Below the pieces are notes generated by a model. The model did not search any database. It had not been told where the DNA came from and saw only the letters and a program-made list of their open reading frames with translations. A stretch of 64,000 nt of DNA from Oculina patagonica (lineage: Eukaryota), in NCBI RefSeq assembly GCF_052425735.1, contig NC_135764.1, forward strand, positions 26,412,001 to 26,476,000. Reading direction: 5' to 3'. This document shows positions 11,887-24,231 of the stretch, in pieces; position 1 is the first letter of the stretch, and each line of letters opens with the position of its first letter. The position numbers and the translations under genes are program-made.

Positions 11887-14800
11887 TTAATATGTGCTCA
11901 TTGTTTGATCGATCCACTGCCTTAAGAAACGGACCCTTGCGTAGACGCCATATTTCCCTGGAGAAGCACATCCGCTTCCCCACGATACAACACCCTCGAG
12001 AAAGAACTTTCCGTTTTTTTCACAAACTAAGGGACCCCCGGAATCCCCCTGGCATGAATCCTTGCCTCCCTCGTTGAGTCCAGCACAGACCATTGAGTCG
12101 TGGATTGATGAGCCATACGCGTTTCTGCAAGAGGACTGTGCGACAATTGGTACGTCAACCTGCATGAGTTTTTTTGCTAGAGAGCCACCAGAGGACAGCG
12201 TTCCAAATCCTGAAAATAGAATTGAAAAGGTTTTACTTTTGAGTTAGTTTTGGTAGTTTTCTGACCTAATTGAAACATCAAAAAATAGGAAACAGTCGAT
12301 CCAAGATGGTAGTTGTTGGAAAAATTGTGTTGTAATTCCATTGTTACATGACTAATTACGTCTTCTTAGCAGCATCAAAGGAACAGTGTATTGTAAGGAA
12401 AAAACAAATGAACAAAAAAAATAAGGGAAACTAAAACTTCTCAAGTGGAAACTGACTCACAGGAGAAAATTAGTTCTTAGCTCTGCTCTACCCGTGTGTT
12501 TGGTAGTTCTCCTTTATTAAGGTGAAAGAACCTTCGTTACTTTTTTAATTGGAAAACATCCGTATGGGTTCAATATTCGTCGATAGTTTTACACGGAGTT
12601 AATATAAACTAGTTGAGTTCATTTACAGCAAGGCGCCTAAAAGTGTGACCACTTTTAATTTATTCACATTCTTTCGTGCAGATTTAATCCAATCAGAAGT
12701 CAACTGCAAGCTATCCACGGCTTTTGATTGGATTAAATCTGCACGAAAGAATGTGAATAGATTAAAAGTGGTCACACTTTTGGGAGCCTTGCTGTAAATT
12801 TTAAATGTGGTATGTTATTACCTGTAACCCAACACATCTTGCCGTCTTCAACATTTCCACTTGAACTTGGCATACAAGCCAAGTTAACATGTCTGTTAAT
12901 TTGAGCAGGCTGACTTAGTTTCAATAGGGCTATATCGTGTGCCATGCCGTAAGGTTGTTTGTAGCTATAGTGAGAGATAATTCGCTCGATCTGGAAATCC
13001 TGTTCTGTTCCTTCTGTACCACTGCGATAATGAGCTCCAAGTCTGCAAAAATTAAAAAACAAATACTGGCTTAAACTTACCTCTTTCCTTATTTTGTCTT
13101 GCTTCTAATCATGTAGATACAATTTATTTTATATCCCTGAAGACACGCTCAAAGACGGACTTCCACATGTACTCATTTTTCCCGAGAACGATACGAGAAT
13201 GGAACAGCCTGGCCAATGAAACAGTTAATGCACCAAACTTGACGGCCTTTAAGAAATGCCTGCCGTCTGACCAAGCGCTAAGCAAACGATGCTGACTTTG
13301 ACTTTTTTTGTATCTATTTTTATTTATTTTTTTTTTTTTCCACTCTATATTAAGATCTTGTGAAGCTCAATTATGTTACAACAAGATAATTAATAACACT
13401 TATCACCACTGGAATTAACATTTGTGTGCCCTGTTATCATATTTAAATTAAATTACAGCTCTAAGAATTGAGTTAATCTAAGTTCTTAATCTACTGTTTA
13501 AATAAGGTAGCCATCTAGCCTGAAATTTACATTCTGTGTTATTTTTCAACGCTAAATATTTTTCAGTTTTGAATTTTTCCTTGACGATTTGATTGAACAC
13601 ATCAAAATTGGGTTTTACATCATGTTTCCTACTTGTCCAAATATGTATTTTAATAAGAGTAATAAAATAGTTAAGCAGATCTGTTCCCATATCCAATTTA
13701 CCTAGTAACACATCTTGTAATGTGAGGTCCACCCGTTTGCCGGAAATCGAAAGCCAGAAGAATTTTAGCTCATTCCAGAGTATTCTTGAAAAATGGCATT
13801 CAAAAAATAGGTGACATATAGTTTCCGATTCAATTCCACAAAATGTACAAAGGTCGTTTGGGACGTATCCTATTTTAGCTAAGCGATGGTTAGCAAAAGT
13901 GATATCATTTAAAATCTTAAATTGGAAGCTCCTTACAAAGGTTTCGGACGAGATGGTTCTCACATTTAAAAATGCTTTAGAAACAGTTTCATCGTCCAGG
14001 CCGAATTTCTCTTTCCACTTAGAGAAGCCTCTTAAGACCTTGGCTTTCTCTAAAATGAGCAGATCATAAAATTGTTTACTTCTGCTTGTTAGAGGATCAA
14101 ATAATTTTCCTTCACACTGAAATTCTAATGTCATCAATTCATTTACATTTATCTCTCGAAATTTGAGATCGAGAGGAATAGCCTGACGAATTCCAGTCCA
14201 AACTAAAAAATTGGTGTGTTTCAAACCATTTCGTTTTGCACTATTATAAGATTCTAAATTATTCATATTTAATAGCATGTGCTGGCAAATTAAAATTCCA
14301 GCTTTTACGTAATGTGGATAGTATATTGTTTTATGGTCTATCTTAATGTTCTTATTGTTATCTATTTATTCATGGCATTTAAGCCTTTCTTTAATTTGAA
14401 TAGTATTTATTTATTTTGTTAAGTAGTTATTTATTTTAATACTCACGAGAATCTTCACTATGTGAGAGATTAAGCATGACGTTATACGGCAAACGGCAAA
14501 CGCGAGCTTGCCTTTCATTTTGTTGCCTTTTTCTCGAATTCCAAAATTAATCCTTCATAAAAAAGGGAAAAAATCCACATCCACGGCAAACACAAAACTA
14601 TTCATTTCTGCGTACGAACGCCAAACGGCAGATGCCAGAAGTTGGATTTTTGCCGTTCGCGGGAAAAATAAACGTCATGCTTAATCCCTCTATTGAAGGA
14701 GGTGAGTTACGTGAAAGAAGAAGAAGACACTGAGATTAAGGGGCTATGTCACGCAATTTTAGGCAATTTCGGCGCTGACCAACTGATCATAGAATAAACT

Positions 14801-17435
14801 GAAATACCACAATATCGGCTTAAAACTGTAGAAGAACTCAAAAGAAACACAGAATGGCCAAAAAGCGGCATGGATGGAAAACTTCCAGAAGATTAAAACC
14901 GACTGCATTCGGGTAAACTTGAAAAACGTCGGCCCGACTTTTATTAAGTTTATCTCAATTTGTATGAAAGTGTCATTTACAATGCTCGAAAATCATCCTT
15001 GTTTGTTATGTGGCCGTGATTTTGCCAATTAAAGATTTTTGCTCTGCCAATTTGAAGTTTAGAGCTCTTGATTGACAAAAATAAATAGAATTACTTTAAA
15101 TACCATGACAGGTAACCCTTTTGTGCAGATAAATTAATACAGTGGGCTTCCGATTAACTGGAACCCTCGATAACCCGAACCTCCCGCTAACTCGAACCAA
15201 TTTTCGTTTCCCTTCAGGTCATTTTCTATATAACTTTAAACTCAATAACTCGAACCAAGTTTGTCAATACGTGACAAGTCAAAACCAACAGTGTACTGTA
15301 GTCCAAAACATTGAATTTATTTTGAAGCAGCCGTGTATTAATTCTTTGTCTTTTTAGCATTACACAAAACGTGTACAGTCTACTTTTGGTTTAGGTTGAT
15401 ACCGATTCTTTCAAATCCAATGCTAGAAAACTTTCTAGGATAATTGATAGTAATTAATAGATTAGTTGAGAAGCGTCAGGGATGAAGCGTCATTATGACT
15501 ACACTGTATTTCTCGAAAAAGTAAATCACATGAACTCGGTAGCCGAGTAGCCCAACATTGTTCTCTTTAAAACCTGCAAAGTTCCCAGTACCTGTACTTC
15601 TCCTGCTGCGTTCTCCTGCTAACGTTCTGATTTATACAGTTATCTCGGGAGAAATGTATTGTTCCATTTTTACTCGTCTTCTCTACAATTAAATTTGGTT
15701 AAAATGTACATTGTATCAATCAAATACAGTGAACACCTTTTTTACATATTTCCGGTCATTTGTTCTCAACTCTCGATAACTTGAACTCCCGATAACTCGA
15801 ACCATTTTCAATTTCCCTTGAAGGTTCGAGTTATCGGGAGTCGACTGTGCAGTTAAACAATAAGCTTTGCAAACGTGTTTAGTTAACTCCCGCCCTTGAT
15901 GTTTAATGATCGACTGTTTTGCGCATTTATTCGGCCTCATTTTCACGAGTCAAATTGTCTCATTTAGTTCGGCATGCAGGAAAAAATATATGCTGGTGTC
16001 AAAACTCTTGATAGACGAGGGTAACAATAAACTGATCATTAGAAGGATAACATCCGCGACGATTTCTTGAGAAAGATCGTTAATGAACATAGATAAATAT
16101 GAAGGCCGGAGGAAACTTGTAATGCCAAGAAAAATGTGATATTAAACGGGTCAAAATCAATTACCATAAGTCAAAGAATGAGTATATTTATATTTTAATT
16201 CTACTTTGGTTGCCTTTCTTGTTTTCAGATCTCACCTTACTCGAATGTCTGACGGCGATTTTCCCGGGACGCAGTGAGCTGCAGTGACAACCCATTGTGG
16301 ATGAACCAAAGTTCCTCCGCAAAATACAAAACCAGAGGTTGACCTGACTTGAGCCTGCCACGGCCATGCTCCTTTAGGGGCCTCGGTACCACCCACAATT
16401 CGTGTACTAGGTTTGTAACCACATTGTGCTGATCCTCCTCCATCACCACCCCCTCCGGGACAAAGGTTACAGCTCTTCTGACAGTTCGTTTTCATGTACG
16501 ATTCAAATTGACCTGTACAGTATCCCTTTTTAGCCCAGTACGGGCAATTTCGGGGATCTTTGTCCGCACAACCTGAAAATATTTTAAAAAGGAGAAAAAA
16601 AGGAAGAGGCGAATGACAAAGAGGAACGGTAGCAGTGGTGGAGAAAATCGATAACTAATTAATAATATTGCAAATTAGATATTAGAATATGTATTACCGA
16701 GAAATTAAAGCAGCAAGCAAGTACGCGAAGTTACAAAGTTCGTAACATTAACAAGTAAGCCCATTTTAACGCCGACTCGAAGGCTTTGAAAGACTCGTCA
16801 GAAATAGACCAAGATTCTCAACCTCCACCGAAAATTAATCTCCCCCCCCTCCCTAGAAAGTATTTAGAGTAAAAATAATGATAATAATTTGGTAAAACCC
16901 GTTTATTGCTCAGTGTTAGAGATAACAGTGATGCTTAGTTAAAAGGTTGAAGAGATTGAGTTCGACTGGATTTTATCTGTTTTCACTATTAGTTCCTTTA
17001 CGGAAAGGATAATCAGATGCTTAGAGCTTTAAAACTTTCCACCGAATTCCCCATATGAAATTTAGGGTAACTCATTTTCGTTTTTGACGGAAATGACGGA
17101 AAAGCAAAGTTCTCCCAAATTGTAACGATCTCGGAACGCATTTAAACGTTGACCATGAAGTAGTTTATCACAAATTTAAGGTCACCAGAAACGCCTTACA
17201 GACATTGTATAAAGTCAACACGAAGCTATCCCAAATTGAAAACGAATCTGAAAAGAGAGAATTCGATCCGTTATAAACGGGGTGCATTAAAGCAATACTT
17301 AAAATTGTTCGTTAAGATTAAGTATCTAAGTATTTGGTTTGCATGGTTAACTATTTCCTTAAATAACGAATTACCGTGTGCAAAACTTGCCAAGACTGCA
17401 ATGCCCAAAACACAGAGAACCACTGAAGACTTCAT
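11887..17435 (-). CDS. ShK-domain trypsin-like serine protease, copy 1 (313 aa)
   Basis: Exons 17435-17375, 16572-16236, 13042-12822 and 12209-11887 (61+337+221+323 = 942 nt), all GT-AG. Signal peptide, ShK (CADKDPRNC...CQKSCNLC), Gly linker, R|[25 protein letters not shown]. Confidence 0.95.
12621..12799. repeat. Long near-perfect palindrome (foldback MITE) in copy 1 intron 3
   Basis: ~80-bp arms ATTTACAGCAAGG...TCCAATCAGAAG / CTTTTGATTGGA...CCTTGCTGTAAAT. Confidence 0.85.
13320..14358 (-). mobile_element. 5'-truncated L1/Tx1-like LINE
   Basis: ORF 14278-13478 carries a C-terminal zinc-finger region (FQFKIL...LCTFC...[10 protein letters not shown]). Poly(T) on the plus strand at ~13320-13339. 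TSD TATCTATTT at 13311-13319 and 14359-14367. Confidence 0.85.
14464..14690. mobile_element. MITE
   Basis: TIRs GAGAGATTAAGCATGACGTT / AACGTCATGCTTAATCCCTC. Confidence 0.75.
14737..15122. mobile_element. Kolobok-like MITE
   Basis: Degenerate TIRs TTAAGGGGCTATGTCACG ... CATGACAGGTAACCCTTTT. Confidence 0.45.
15140..15847. mobile_element. pogo/Tigger-like MITE
   Basis: CAGT...ACTG ends with repeated (GA)TAACTCGAAC subterminal motifs. Confidence 0.7.
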
Positions 17436-17485
17436 GATTAACTGCATACAGAAACAATGTGCGAATATGTCCTTGTTTTATCCTC

Positions 17486-17732
17486 CTTATATCCTAAACA
17501 TCGTTGTTGAAAGACAACGCCTGAACTAGCAGAAGGAAGAATCAGTGAAAAGAAGCTTAAATCGTCATGAAAGTTCATTCGAGAGGACGATTTGAGAGGA
17601 TGACATTTTGATTCCTGATTAAATAGTATAAACAAATACTCAAATGTGGTCAAATATAAGTGATTTTCGCCTTTTTGTGTTAGAATTAGAGAGAAAACAC
17701 GAGAGCAGTGCATCTGGATTATCTGGGTAAAT
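17486..17732 (-). promoter_or_regulatory. Copy 1 proximal promoter
   Basis: TATAAG at 17491-17486; CCTGAAC(T/A)AGCA motif at ~17520; CATCTG-N7-TGGGTAAAT at 17711-17732; all three are positionally conserved in paralogues. Confidence 0.6.
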
Positions 17733-18959
17733 GGATTTTGCAATTTATGATCAAGGCTTTTATAGTCAACAAAGGTGTATGCAGAATATGATTTGAAAGG
17801 ATGATGTTTTGAATTCTGATTAAATAATATCTACATTTTTATATATATGATCAAATATAGGGGATTTTCTTTTGTTGTGTGGTGATAAGAGAACAAGACA
17901 TGAAAGGAGAACATTTGGATTATCTGGGTTAATTGATTTTGCAATTTATGACAAAGGATTAGTTTTTTCTTGGAATCTTTTTAAGAGTACCGAACAACAC
18001 TGATATAATCATAGTTTCGATTTGTTGTCTGTTTGACAAGCATAATGTTGGTGGAGTTAAATTGTATTAAGTAATCTATTTTTAATAAAGGGTAGTTCTT
18101 AGAGACCATCTATCTTCGCGTCTTAGTATTAAAAAGCAACAAACATCATTGTTTTGAAAGGCTTAAAGCTTTTGTCTTCTTTCCGAGTTGGCTATGTTTG
18201 TTCATCTTTTTTTTTGTTTCCCGCCAGCCTAAAACATAACATTTGGAAACTGGCTAAATAGCAGCCAGCCTTATTTGCTGTTTTGGTATACACTCAATTC
18301 GATTTTAAAATATTAATAATGGTTTTTGTTTTTGCTTTTATGATAACAATACGACAGGTAGACGCACAATGCACCAGCTGAACAATTCAGAATACCTTAG
18401 GGGAATGGAAAATCCTTACTATAGACGATATACCTAGACTTAAATGAAGAGAGAACGTTTTTTTTCGAAATTTAACACACTCAATTCTGCGCTTTTCCGA
18501 TATTTTAATTTTGTATTGTTAAAAGAAGCTTCTACAGCGCCTTCAAAGTTTATCTCAGAATATGGGTTGAAAGGATTGAAGGCTCATCTGGTTAAACAAT
18601 CTCAATGTGATTTCATATGCGATTAAATATAAGCGATTTTCTTTTGTAATCTGGAGGAGTTCAGAACACCTGGGTAATCTGAGTAAATTGTTTATACATT
18701 CAATTTTGAGGGTTTTTAATTTTTTTTTTAAACATATCTTTTCACAATCACTCCACCCCCTTCCATGCTCTTTGGGAAGCCCATAGCGCGCCCGTGCGTG
18801 TTGTTTTCCTTCGGACACGCTTTATGATGATTTCCGCCGATCATTCCAGCAATACAGGCAAAAATAAAGTTAACACAGAGATCTCATAGAATGGTAGCAG
18901 TTTGTCTCATCCACAGTTCACATATATGAATTTTTTTAAATACTTTAAGTTATTCTACG

Positions 18960-19135
18960 TCTTTCACGAGAAAACATGAACTCACAATTGACCTCTCTCC
19001 CAATGGGATTCAATAGCTCAGTTGGTAGAGCATTGCACCGGTATCGCGGAGGACACGGGCTCGAATACTGTTGAAGCCAAAAAATTTTCTAGCAATTTAT
19101 TTAATTGCAGTTCACTGCGAGGATCAGTTTTCACT
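18960..19135 (+). mobile_element. tRNA-derived SINE-like repeat
   Basis: A box TAGCTCAGTTGGTAGAGC and degenerate B box GGCTCGAATAC; no full cloverleaf. Confidence 0.6.
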
Positions 19136-20042
19136 TTACAGTTATAGTAAAGGTTACAAAACCTACCGAAACTGATCCCGCCAGGGAAAAATGGATTTGA
19201 AATTATCTAAATTTCAGTTTAAAGGGAGTTCCGTGTTTGGTTTTTCGAACTTTCAGCGGAATCTGTCTTAATTAGCAACACCAGAGAGGCTGTAGCACTG
19301 CCATGTACTTCTTACGAATCTGGAATAATCATAACTATAATTTAAGTATTAAGGAGTGAGTATAACCTTTTGTTGTTTGTTCTTCTTAGTTAAAGGTTAT
19401 CCACTCTCACACCGAAAATCCACCAAAAATATTTTGGAACAATTCAAATCCAGAACTTTTTTATTATTGGAATTTTAAGATTATCATTTAACATTTCATT
19501 TGCAACTTAAGCTGTCCAACATATTTTCAAAAGCAAATCTATGTGATATTTTTGTTATTGAATTAACCATCGAGACTATGGCGCCGCAGAATGACGTTTA
19601 ATAGTTTAAATTTAAGTCATATAGGCTGTGCACATGTTTTACTAGTCTCCATAAGTATTTTATAAAACGAGGTGAAATAGAAATTCGATTTTGTTTCAAG
19701 ACAATTCATAAGTGATCATTTTTGTAAATTCTCCTGACCAGACAGTGTATTATTTATTGGGTATTATTATACTGAGGTGGTAGGGGACGGAGATATTTTG
19801 TTCACACTCGAATAATAAAGTACGCAAACAGTAGGATCATTTTTTTTTTAAACGCCCTTCTTCAGACCTCCTTTAATAATCTCTCTTGACTTGTATTTTT
19901 CATTGGGTGCTATGAGGCACAGATCAGTTCTTAGTTGCTATGAAGTAAAAATCGATAATGGGTGCACACTCAAACAATTAAGTACTTAAACAGCAAGTTT
20001 GTTTTTTAATGTCTTTATTGTCTCACACAGACTTGATGCTTT

Positions 20043-23000
20043 TTAGTATCTGCTCATTGTACTGTCAACCCATTGCCTCAAGTAACGGACCCTTGCGTAG
20101 ACGCCATATTTCCCTGGGGAGGCACACCCGTGTCCCCACGATACAACACCCTCGAGAAAGAACTTCCCTTTGGATTCACAAACTAAGGGACCACCGGAAT
20201 CCCCCTGGCATGAATCCTTGCCTCCCTGTCTGAGTCCAGCACAGACCATGGAGTCGTGGATTGATGAGCCATACGCCCGTTTGCAAGAGGACTGTGAGAC
20301 AATTGGCACGTCGACCTGCATGAGTTTGCTCGCTAGAGAACCACCAGAAGATAGCGTTCCAAATCCTAAAAAAGCGTGAAAGAAGGGAAACCAAAGAGAA
20401 TATATCTTCTGATGTTTTTTTGACATAAAATATAGAGAGTATGATTCACAAGGAAAGAGTCAGTACATACAAAAAACCTTATCCTGCCTAGACTGTTCAC
20501 AGCTCTCAATTTTTTTCGTTTTTCCGATCGATGAGCGCGCAGTGAGAACGGAGAGAGAACTGGACACCAGAGCAAAACGGAAGAAGCAAGGGGGGGGGGC
20601 GGGGAGCGAAAAAAATAGAGGGGCCTCTCTATTTTTCTTTCGCTCGCTACGCTCGCTTCCCGCCCCCCTCCCCCCGCGCGCTCGCTTCGTTTGCGTTTTT
20701 GCGTTGAAAAATCGAGAGGCTGTGGACAGTCTATATCCTGCCCGCACGAAACGAAACACCGCGTTATTAGATAAGGAGAAAAGGCTGGGAGCTAAGACGA
20801 TCGATAAATCAGATAAGTAAATTAAAAGAGGAAAGAGAAATGCAAACAGGTTTGCTTTCCATTTCAACAACACTTCTTCCTCAAAGTAGGTTTAACTAGA
20901 ATAGGTGAAAATGGCTTCAACTTGAAAAAACTTGGTGTGGCCCAACAGACGCAAACAAGAGAGTCCGTGGAATTATGGCGGAAGACCTACGATGGGTGTG
21001 GGGCAGAACTGATTAGTCTCAGATTTGTAGAACATTTCATTACCTGTAACCCAACACATTTTTCCATCTGAAAGTTCATCACTCGATGGAGCCAGGCAAG
21101 CCAAGTTAACAGCTCTGGTAATAGCAGCAGGTCGGCGCAGTTTCAACAGGGAGATATCGTGAGCCATTCCATAAGGTCGTTTGTAGCTATTGTGATTGAT
21201 GATTCTTTCAACTTCCATGACCTGTTCTGTTCCAATGTTACTGTTGCGATAATGACCTCCAAGTCTGCAAAAGTAAGAATCGTTAACTATTGGTATTGCT
21301 CTATTCAGAAGCGTTTGAGTAAAACATTTGACATTAAATACTTCCAACTGTTTATGAAACTATAGAGTCTTAGCTATTGAAAGCAGGTTTGATGGCCATG
21401 ATGTATTATCGCTGGGTTTATATAGACCACCAAAGGGAAAAGCGACGGACCATCTTTTACAAGTGGATCAGGATCTTTAAAGAACATCATTGTTGTTATG
21501 TGCGAACAAAGTTTCTGACAATTATTTTAAAACTCTTTTAAAATTGTAAAATTTTGAAGACGTTAAAACTTTGACTAAACTCCATAAACAAACTAAATCA
21601 AGTTGCGAGATAAAATGAAAATATAATAAAAATGAACAACAGATACAATTCAAGAAATGTAAATTAAAATATATATGGAGTTAAACAAAGGGTTTCCCAC
21701 CTATGAAGCCATTTACATATTTAGATTTGTATGCATGCAGTTTGCTTTATAAACAACATCCATAAATTCAGTTGTGCAGAGAACACAAAGTTCAGTTGTA
21801 CAAAGGAAAAATATCATTATATGAAAAATGTAGTTCTCGAGTCCATTACTGGCAATAATAATTTTACACTGTTTTAAGATCCCACCTCACACGGATACTC
21901 GAGGCGGATTTTTTAACGGTGCAATGTGCTGCAGTGACAACCCACTGTGGATGAACTAAAGTTCCTCCACAAAAACCAAAACCCCGAGATGTTGTGATCA
22001 GTGCTTGCCACGGCCAAGCTCCTTTAGGGGCTTCCGTACCACCAACGATTCGTGTGCTGGGTTTGTAACCACACTGTCCTGATCCTCCTCCTCCACCGCC
22101 TCCTCCTCCGCCGCCGCCACCTCCACCGCCACCGCCTCCACCTCCACCACCACCCCCTCCGCCACAGATTTTACAGCTCTTCTGACAGTTTCTTTTCATG
22201 TATGGCTCGTATCGACCTTTGCAGTATCCCCTTCGAGCCCATGTCGGGCATTTTCGATTGTTGTCCGCACAACCTGAAAAACATAAAAAACGAGAAGGGA
22301 AGGTAGGGGAGACCAAAGGACAAAGTGGTGGAGGAAAACAATAACTCATTAACAACATTTCAAATTAGATATGACACTGATATATCGCCGAGAATTTAGA
22401 GTTGCAGACAAGTAGCGGAGATAAAAGGCTAGTAACATTAACTAGTAAGCCCATTTTTATCGGCACGAAGGCTTAGAAAGACTCGTCAAAAATCAAAAAT
22501 AGACTCAAATTCTCAACCCCCAACCGAAAATAAGCCCTGATTTAATGTTAAAATACGTTTTTTTCTTTTTCTTTTTATTTAAAATGTGTCTAGATTGTGC
22601 TCTCGCTGAGCATTCGCCACGGTTTCTGCTCCTTTACGGCTAAAACGGTAATTAAGAGCTTATAGCTTTTAAACTTGTGCACCCAATTTTCCACATTGAA
22701 TTTAGGTTAAATGACCGTAGTCAGCCACGCCTTTTTTTAACATACGAGAATTTCGGTATTATATTTTTTGCGGGAAGGGGGGCGGGGAGTGTCTAAAGGA
22801 AAGAGATCACTGTGAAACTGCTAAACGTAATTTAAAAAAAACTTCAAGTGCAATAAGATTTCGCTTTTCCGTACATTTTTTAGAATTTCGATGGCATCAA
22901 AAATGGTGGAGGCTGCTAGGGTCCTCTAAGTTCAACTGATAAACTTCACTCAAAACAAACAAAGAATAACAGAATAACTAGTAAAAATAAGCACCGATGA

Positions 23001-23484
23001 TTTCAAAAAGCATTTGTGAAAGTTTAAGATTTCAGTAAGGCAAACGCACAAGAATGGGCGAGGATTTCCTTTCACCATGCGAAATGTCCGAATTTAGATG
23101 CCAGAGAAAATGGCGGAGGCTGACAAGGATCCTTTAACTCATTTTGATGAAACAAAAGCGAAGATCTCCCAAATTGTAACGATCTCGGAACGCATAAGAA
23201 CGTATACCACGGAGTAGCTTATCGCAAACTTATATTGAGCTCTACAGAAACGCCTTAAAGACATTGTCTAAAGACAAAAGTACTAAGCTACCGAATCTCA
23301 ATCTGAAGAGAAATAATTCTCTCCATTTTAAAAGGGGCCCAAAAAAGCAAAATTTAAATGTTTTCGTTTAAATTGGAAAATTTTCGTTTGCATGGTTAGA
23401 TTTTCCTTTAAAATACCAATTACCGTGTGCAAAACTTGCCAAGACTGCAATGCCCAAAACACAGAGAACCACTGAAGACTGCAT
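20043..23484 (-). CDS. ShK-domain trypsin-like serine protease, copy 2 (330 aa; Gly27 linker, cationic ShK)
   Basis: Exons 23484-23424, 22273-21886, 21264-21044 and 20365-20043 (993 nt); intact catalytic triad. Confidence 0.95.
20489..20733. mobile_element. MITE with 9-bp TSD in copy 2 intron 3
   Basis: TIRs TAGACTGTTCACAGC / GCTGTGGACAGTCTA; TSD TATCCTGCC at 20480-20488 and 20734-20742. Confidence 0.85.
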
Positions 23485-23619
23485 GGTTGACTGCCTACAG
23501 AAACACTGTGTAAAAATTTACTTCTTTAAATCCTTCTTTTATCCTAAATATCATTGTTGTAAGAAACCGCCTGAACAAGCAGAAGGCAGAATCAAAGAAA
23601 AAAACACTTGCACTGCTAC

Positions 23620-24205
23620 CAAAGTTTCTTCAGAATATGATTTGAGAGGATTATGTTTTGGTTCCTGATTAAATAACATCGTCGCATGCTCATTATGTGA
23701 TCAAATATAGTGATTTTGGCCTTATTGTGCTTCGATTAGAGTGAAAACATAAGAGTAGTAGATCTGCGTTATCTGGGTAAATGGATTTTGCAGTTTATGA
23801 CGAAGGCTTGCATTATCAACAAAGTTCCTTCAGAATATGATTTGAGAGGATAATTTTTGGTTCCTGATTAAATAACATTGTCGCATGCTCATTATGTGAT
23901 CAAATATAGTGATTTTCGCCTTATTGTGTTTCGATTAGAGTGAAAACATAAGAGTGGTACATCTGCGTTATCTGGGTAAATGGATTTTGCAATTTATGAC
24001 AACGGCTTGTAGTGTCAACAAAGTTCTTTCAGAATACGATTTGAGAGGGTGATGCTTTGGGTCTGATTAAATAATATCCATAAATACTCATATTTGATCA
24101 AATTTGGGGGTTTTTTCCTTTGCTGTGTGGTGATAAGAGAAAAACACATGAATGGAGAACATCTAGATTATCTGGGTAAATGGAGATTGCAATTTATAAC
24201 AAAAG
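23620..24205. repeat. Three tandem ~200-bp upstream modules of copy 2
   Basis: Units start at ~23621, ~23821 and ~24020 (AAAGTT..TTCAGAATA.GATTTGAGAGG...TTATCTGGGTAAATGG). Copy 1 has two units (~17571, ~17771) and copy 3 has one. Confidence 0.85.
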
Positions 24206-24231
24206 CTTTGGTTTTTCTTGATTTCTTTTTA

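Larger units (their letters stand above)
13130..14727 (+). mobile_element. 3' end of an RTE/RTEX-like LINE, interrupted by two later insertions
   Basis: [14 protein letters not shown] at ~13170-13212; terminal CTCAC...TCTTCA/TGAAGG...GTGAG stem and a (GAA)n tail at 14712-14727. Confidence 0.55.

Noticed and set aside
16236-16572. Stand-alone ShK neurotoxin genes
   Set aside because: Each ShK is in the same exon as the protease N-terminus with no stop or separate poly(A) signal, and no clear Lys-Tyr dyad is present
19000-19080. tRNA gene (also 43025-43095, 44240-44305, 47030-47098, 37098-37165)
   Set aside because: A and B boxes are present, but I could not build a proper acceptor stem and anticodon arm, and the segments sit inside repeat-family flanks; treated as SINE-like repeats
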